The position numbers and the translations under genes were made by a program. Of a stretch of DNA of 64,000 nt, positions 60,081 through 64,000 are shown one piece after another. The stretch spans positions 1,813-65,812 of the IMG/VR virus record IMGVR_UViG_3300030376_007339, one strand, 5' to 3'. Positions within the stretch are counted from its first letter, which is position 1, and each line of letters opens with the position of its first letter. The DNA is from a virus. Its lineage: Duplodnaviria > Caudoviricetes. The notes under the pieces are model-generated. The model saw nothing but the letters and a program-made list of their open reading frames with translations, had not been told where the DNA came from and did no database searches.

Positions 60081-60128
60081 GTTCGACTCGAAGGAGGTAC
60101 AGACGATAAATTTTTCTGTAAAAGTGCA

Positions 60129-60170
60129 TTAGAATTTAAGCAACCGCCAAGCGAGGTCCATTGGGAGCAT
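60129..60170 (-). CDS. 13-aa micro-ORF consisting only of the tag (MLPMDLAWRLLKF)
   Basis: ATG overlaps the upstream stop (TGATG); GGAGG upstream; DNA nearly identical to 61238-61267. Confidence 0.5.
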   Translation of the reverse strand: MLPMDLAWRLLKF

Positions 60171-61966
60171 CACATTCCCTCCCATATACCGCTTGGTTTT
60201 GTCCATACTAATTTATCAGGGTCAAGGTTTGTTTGATGTTGTGCAAACGATTCTTCAAAATCCATTGGTGCTGAATCATATTCATCTACATGCATACCAA
60301 GTAAAGCAGGTGAAGGGTCTATTCCCATTCTGTCAATAGGTTTTGGTAGTTTTCCACGATAACCCATTACCATACCTACAGGGTCATTTGCCGCCGCAAA
60401 AGCCGAAGCCCCCTCATGTGCTTGAGGTGTGTTTCCTTTAGCCCACCATGACCCCTTTCCACTAATTGGGAAAGGTGCAATTTTTTCATACGGGTTCTCA
60501 TGCCATTTTTCAGCATGTTGAGGTTGCACACCTTCACTCATGTTTTGAGCAACACGTTCACCATGAATACCTCTAAAGGCTGTTACAGGCTCCATACCGG
60601 GATAATCTTCTATGTAGTTGTATAACTTCATTTGTTGTGAAGCCTTGAGTAACCTGAATGTAATGTCCATTGGTTCGCCTGTTTGAATATCAGTTTGTCT
60701 AGTGATGGCGACAGGAATAGGAGTATCACCGTAGCCCATTAACCTTAGAGCATCCATCCGGTGCCCCCCTTCTTGATACCCAGTTGGAGTATCACCTGTC
60801 ATATCTATTTCAGGCGCACCCATCACTTTACCCTGCTTGATACCTTCGACTATTCTATCAACCATTCTTGGCCCTTCACCGGGTGGGAACTTCATGTTTT
60901 GATGTCGCATCGACTCTAATGTTCGGTGTTCGCTATCTGCAAATTGGTCTTGTATCTCTTGAGATTGACCTAACAAAGTTTTTTCATGGGGTACGGGAAA
61001 CTTCTTTTGACCTGTAAATGTATTGATACCTACTTCTGCTAATCTGTCGAAGTATTCATTTGGAGTCATTTCTTCCATTTCGTCAGTTTGAAAATTAGTA
61101 GCACCTATCAATTCAGGCCCCGCTTGCCACTTTTTACCATAACCTGCACTTGGATTATAATTGTGCAATTCTCTTACGGGTTCATCGAAGCCATGCGCTA
61201 CCTTTAACCCCGGTACTTTAGTATCAACAACTGGCATCTTGAGTAACCGCCAAGCGAGGTCCATTGGTTCGCCTGTATATTTCATTTGGTCACCTTCACC
61301 CATTGCACCAGCACTGTTGCACATTCCACCGTAGTATGCTTCATCTATCTCTAACAGTTGCTCACAATCAAGTAGGTCAATGTTACGAAGAAGGTCAATT
61401 GTCTTTTGTCTGCTTCTTATTACATCAGGGCGGTCTGAAAATTCATGATTTTCAAAAAATGCTAGATTTTCTTCAGTTTCTTCTTTAAGCCTTGTCCGTA
61501 TTTCTTCAGCACATTCACAAGGGTCATTGTAATGTGCCATTGTTTGCATATCTACCATAGGTATATCTTCTTGCATTGGTACTTGTTCTTCAACACCTTG
61601 AGTCATCGGTGGCTCAAGTTCAAGGTTTTGTTTAATTAACCACCAACCGAGGTCCATTGGTGACTTAACAATAGTTGGCTTACCACCCACACCTTGCTTC
61701 TTAGCACGCTTACGTTTTGTCGCCGCTTGCTTTTGACCTTCACTCATTGAGCCACTGGTTTTTGGTGTTTTATCACTGACTTTGACTGATGGGCGACATT
61801 TTGGATAACCCTTGCTTCCTTTCTTTGCTTTTGACCTACCACAAGGTGGATGTTTGCCATCTTTGTTTTTACGACTAACATCTACCCATTTTTCTTTGAA
61901 CCAACGATTGAGGTTTTTGACAATAAGAACATCGTAACAAGTACATCTTTCATCCAAATCAATCAT
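60170..61966 (-). CDS. Four-module polyprotein (basic Cys domain; Cys-helical domain; ParB/Srx-like; ART-like) joined by tags
   Basis: Tags at 61631-61663, 61238-61276 and 60644-60682; QEGGHRMDAL is ParB-like; TAFRG...GKGSWWA...LDPDKL is ART-like. Confidence 0.7.
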   Translation of the reverse strand: MIDLDERCTCYDVLIVKNLNRWFKEKWVDVSRKNKDGKHPPCGRSKAKKGSKGYPKCRPSVKVSDKTPKTSGSMSEGQKQAATKRKRAKKQGVGGKPTIVKSPMDLGWWLIKQNLELEPPMTQGVEEQVPMQEDIPMVDMQTMAHYNDPCECAEEIRTRLKEETEENLAFFENHEFSDRPDVIRSRQKTIDLLRNIDLLDCEQLLEIDEAYYGGMCNSAGAMGEGDQMKYTGEPMDLAWRLLKMPVVDTKVPGLKVAHGFDEPVRELHNYNPSAGYGKKWQAGPELIGATNFQTDEMEEMTPNEYFDRLAEVGINTFTGQKKFPVPHEKTLLGQSQEIQDQFADSEHRTLESMRHQNMKFPPGEGPRMVDRIVEGIKQGKVMGAPEIDMTGDTPTGYQEGGHRMDALRLMGYGDTPIPVAITRQTDIQTGEPMDITFRLLKASQQMKLYNYIEDYPGMEPVTAFRGIHGERVAQNMSEGVQPQHAEKWHENPYEKIAPFPISGKGSWWAKGNTPQAHEGASAFAAANDPVGMVMGYRGKLPKPIDRMGIDPSPALLGMHVDEYDSAPMDFEESFAQHQTNLDPDKLVWTKPSGIWEGM

Positions 61967-62373
61967 CCTCTTTTAGATTGATTCTTATGAGAAGTTTTGT
62001 CATCAGTTATTGGCCCACCTGCTGCCCAAGTGTAGCAAGTTCTATCTTTATGGCATTTGAAATCGTGCATCCAACAATATCCTAAATCACCCTCCAAAGG
62101 CATACAGTCTTTCATTCTCGGACTTACATCAAAAGCAATGCAATTACTACAGTTTGACTTTTTAGCCACTTCAGGAGTTGTATTCCAATGGTCTGCTGCT
62201 TTTACCCAGTAACTTTCATCATTAAGATTCAAAGGGCCATATTGGATATGTTCTGATTGTATTGCTTCATTACGATTTTCAGTATTTAGTTTTAAATTTT
62301 TAGTAGCCATAGGGCAACTATCTCTTGCTTTAAGAAATACCCATGCTCTTTCCATAACAAGTACGTTAGTCAT
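61963..62373 (-). CDS. Cys-rich protein with N-terminal tag MERAWVFLKA
   Basis: CP.AT...N..NR..AI...YGP.N...W...C.NC..F...GYC....FKC...RTC..W..GGP, a pattern I recall from marine phages. Confidence 0.75.
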   Translation of the reverse strand: MTNVLVMERAWVFLKARDSCPMATKNLKLNTENRNEAIQSEHIQYGPLNLNDESYWVKAADHWNTTPEVAKKSNCSNCIAFDVSPRMKDCMPLEGDLGYCWMHDFKCHKDRTCYTWAAGGPITDDKTSHKNQSKRG

Positions 62374-62570
62374 TTTTTCTTCCCCTTCTTCTTACGGAAC
62401 TTACCCTTACAATATTGCACCGCCCATCCGTTTGCGTATGCTGAAGGATAAACCTTGAATTTACGTTTGGCCGCAGCCTTACCTTCAGGGCATAGTTTCT
62501 TTTCAAGAATGTCCCACGCAATACCCATACCTACGCAATGACTGCATTCACAACTGTTCAACAATTCCAC
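62370..62570 (-). CDS. Small basic protein with tag GMGIAWDILEK
   Basis: AAAKRKFKVYPSAYANGWAVQYC basic domain. Confidence 0.75.
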   Translation of the reverse strand: MELLNSCECSHCVGMGIAWDILEKKLCPEGKAAAKRKFKVYPSAYANGWAVQYCKGKFRKKKGKKK

Positions 62571-63328
62571 CTCTTGAGTGCTGCACCCTTTGGTGTAAGT
62601 TTTCCTTTTTTACTGGTCGGCCCTTTCATGCCACCCATGCGAGCGCAAAATGATTTACGACGCTTGGCTTTTTTGGAACCGGGTTTGAGTTTGCTTGGTT
62701 TAGTTGTAACAGGAGGCTTCAAGTTTGCGCCAGTCTCTCTTTTTGCGGCGGCCCTCCCCTTCGCATTTAGCCCACCTTTACGGTGGTGGCGGTTTGGGTT
62801 GTAACCATGAAACGGTTTGGACTTTTTCTTTGCTTTTATCAAAGCAAATGCTTTCTCCATTGGAGTGCAGCATGAACAAAAGTCAACAGGCTCTCCCTTC
62901 TGTAGGGCATCCAACGTTTCGAGTGTGTCGAATGAACGCTGCATACTGTCGAAAATGTCGGCGTATAAGTCCTCTTCTTCCGTTTCGGGTTTTTTCGCAT
63001 CCTCTTGTTGTCGACGCTGTTCTTCAAGACGCTGCATCGGGGGTACATTTGTCAAAAAAGAGTCGGCTTCCGCCTTACTGCCTCGTTGCCCACTGTGACC
63101 AGTATCAACATCGTCAGCAAGTTTGGGAGGTTGCTTCTCAGGTTCAGCCTTGGGGTCGTTTAAGTTACCCATAATCCTTCGTGTATTGATATGCTCTTTT
63201 CGACCATCCTGCATTAAACCGAGGTTGCGGCGTCGATACGGACTCATTTTTTCTTGTTTGTCCGGGTCAGCAGCACGGTTAAAGTTAGATTTTAAAACCG
63301 AAAATGCGTCAATAAACGGGTCGGCCAT
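62558..63328 (-). CDS. Two-tag protein with C-terminal basic domain (DUF6321-like)
   Basis: Likely start 63328; DPFIDAFSVLKS and TPMEKAFALIKA; GGLNAKGR...RRKSFCARM.GMKG....ALKRWNC; family name from memory. Confidence 0.75.
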   Translation of the reverse strand: MADPFIDAFSVLKSNFNRAADPDKQEKMSPYRRRNLGLMQDGRKEHINTRRIMGNLNDPKAEPEKQPPKLADDVDTGHSGQRGSKAEADSFLTNVPPMQRLEEQRRQQEDAKKPETEEEDLYADIFDSMQRSFDTLETLDALQKGEPVDFCSCCTPMEKAFALIKAKKKSKPFHGYNPNRHHRKGGLNAKGRAAAKRETGANLKPPVTTKPSKLKPGSKKAKRRKSFCARMGGMKGPTSKKGKLTPKGAALKRWNC

Positions 63329-63349
63329 GGAAATCGTAACCCGCTTTGG

Positions 63350-63365
63350 CATAAATAACTTTTTT
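63350..63365 (-). promoter_or_regulatory. Putative BRE-TATA promoter
   Basis: AAAAAGTTATTTATG, 22-37 nt upstream of ATG 63328. Confidence 0.45.
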
Positions 63366-63825
63366 AATATCCTTGCTTAAGAAAAGACCAAGCCTTTCCA
63401 AATGACGATTGAGATTTAAGTGACATTTCATCTCCTAGCATTCTCGACTTAGGTGCGCCCATTCTCATTTGTTGCATTGCTCTTTGGTTTTCATGCTCAA
63501 ATGCAGCCCGCATTTCTTCTTCAGACATTTCTTCTTCCATCTCATCTCTTGAGGGGTCCATACTTCGTGCCATGTCACGAGCAGCAGCACTTTGTTCCCT
63601 TTGCCTACGATTCATTTGTGGTTTGTCACTTCTTTCAGCAAAGGTTTCATCAACTCTATCTGCACCAACTAATGGCACACGCTGTCTGTCATTCAGGTCA
63701 GTAAATGGTTGGTTTGCTGCACCAGCCCTTGGTTCGGGACCCATACCAAAACCAAGTCCGCCTCTTTGGTCACGCATAGTTCTTGATTTTTGTAGTGCTA
63801 ATAGTGCTTGTTCATAAGGGCGCAT
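63364..63825 (-). CDS. M/R/E-rich protein ending in the tag FGKAWSFLKQGY
   Basis: 153 aa; N-terminal LALQKS; tag at 63376-63402. Confidence 0.75.
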   Translation of the reverse strand: MRPYEQALLALQKSRTMRDQRGGLGFGMGPEPRAGAANQPFTDLNDRQRVPLVGADRVDETFAERSDKPQMNRRQREQSAAARDMARSMDPSRDEMEEEMSEEEMRAAFEHENQRAMQQMRMGAPKSRMLGDEMSLKSQSSFGKAWSFLKQGY

Positions 63826-63848
63826 TGGGTGTTGTAAGAAGATTCAGG

Positions 63849-63862
63849 ATAAAAGTTTTTTT
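63849..63862 (-). promoter_or_regulatory. Putative BRE-TATA promoter (leaderless transcript)
   Basis: AAAAAAA-CTTTTAT ending 24 nt upstream of ATG 63825. Confidence 0.55.
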
Positions 63863-63905
63863 CTAAAATTTTTTTTTCCTAAAATGCCGTGTGCGGTTAA
63901 AAGAA

Positions 63906-63979
63906 GCGCTATGGATAGCGCTATGGCTATACCTCCTTCTAAGCAGCGCTATGGGGCGGCGCTATGGGGGGCGCTATGG
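63906..63979. repeat. Five direct copies of GCGCTATGG
   Basis: Copies start at 63906, 63918, 63946, 63959 and 63971, next to long T-tracts at 63855-63878. Confidence 0.9.
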
Positions 63980-64000
63980 CTCAGTGCCCTGTTCTATAGA

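Larger units (their letters stand above)
1..64000 (-). mobile_element. Genome segment of a head-tailed virus (Caudoviricetes), probably archaeal (magrovirus-like, Poseidoniales host inferred)
   Basis: Contiguous TerL-portal-protease-MCP-neck-tail module; no host housekeeping operons; archaeal-style RBS (GGTGA, GGAGATGA) and BRE-TATA elements. Host assignment is inference. Confidence 0.85.

Noticed and set aside
63906-63979. Possible CRISPR array
   Set aside because: Repeats are only 9 bp with 3-19-bp gaps; there is no spacer structure and no cas genes.
1-64000. tRNA/rRNA genes
   Set aside because: Intergenic gaps are short and none shows a cloverleaf or rRNA signature by eye.

Overview
The whole window is the morphogenesis half of a head-tailed dsDNA virus (Caudoviricetes, probably siphovirus-like: tail tube, chaperones, tape measure, no sheath). 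Almost all genes are on the minus strand. Read right to left, it has: about 18 kb of accessory or putative head-cargo genes, including an HMG-CoA lyase and an Arf/Sar-like small GTPase cassette with membrane proteins; a TerS-like gene; TerL; a LAGLIDADG protein; portal; a 1911-aa protein ending in a degenerate ATP-dependent ligase fold; prohead protease-scaffold; HK97-type major capsid protein; neck; tail tube; chaperones; a short tape measure; a Dit-like protein; a 6329-aa tail-tip protein; and a hub. GGTGA/GGAGATGA ribosome-binding sites and BRE-TATA promoters about 25-35 nt before starts point to an archaeal host, by inference a marine Poseidoniales (MGII, magrovirus-like) virus. No replication genes, tRNAs or CRISPR were seen. 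Two candidate novel systems stand out. (1) A shared ~12-aa tag, (TG)EP-M-D-x-A-W-x-L-L-K, with a companion N-terminal K-h-h-h-K motif, recurs about 15 times in 11 otherwise unrelated ORFs and separates the modules of polyproteins. It ends in the same h-h-K-[AS] pattern seen in the capsid propeptide and scaffold, suggesting a capsid-targeting and protease-release cargo system. (2) A viral Arf/Sar1-like GTPase operon with membrane and Q/N-rich partners, possibly for membrane remodelling or egress. All family calls come from motif recognition, not database searches.
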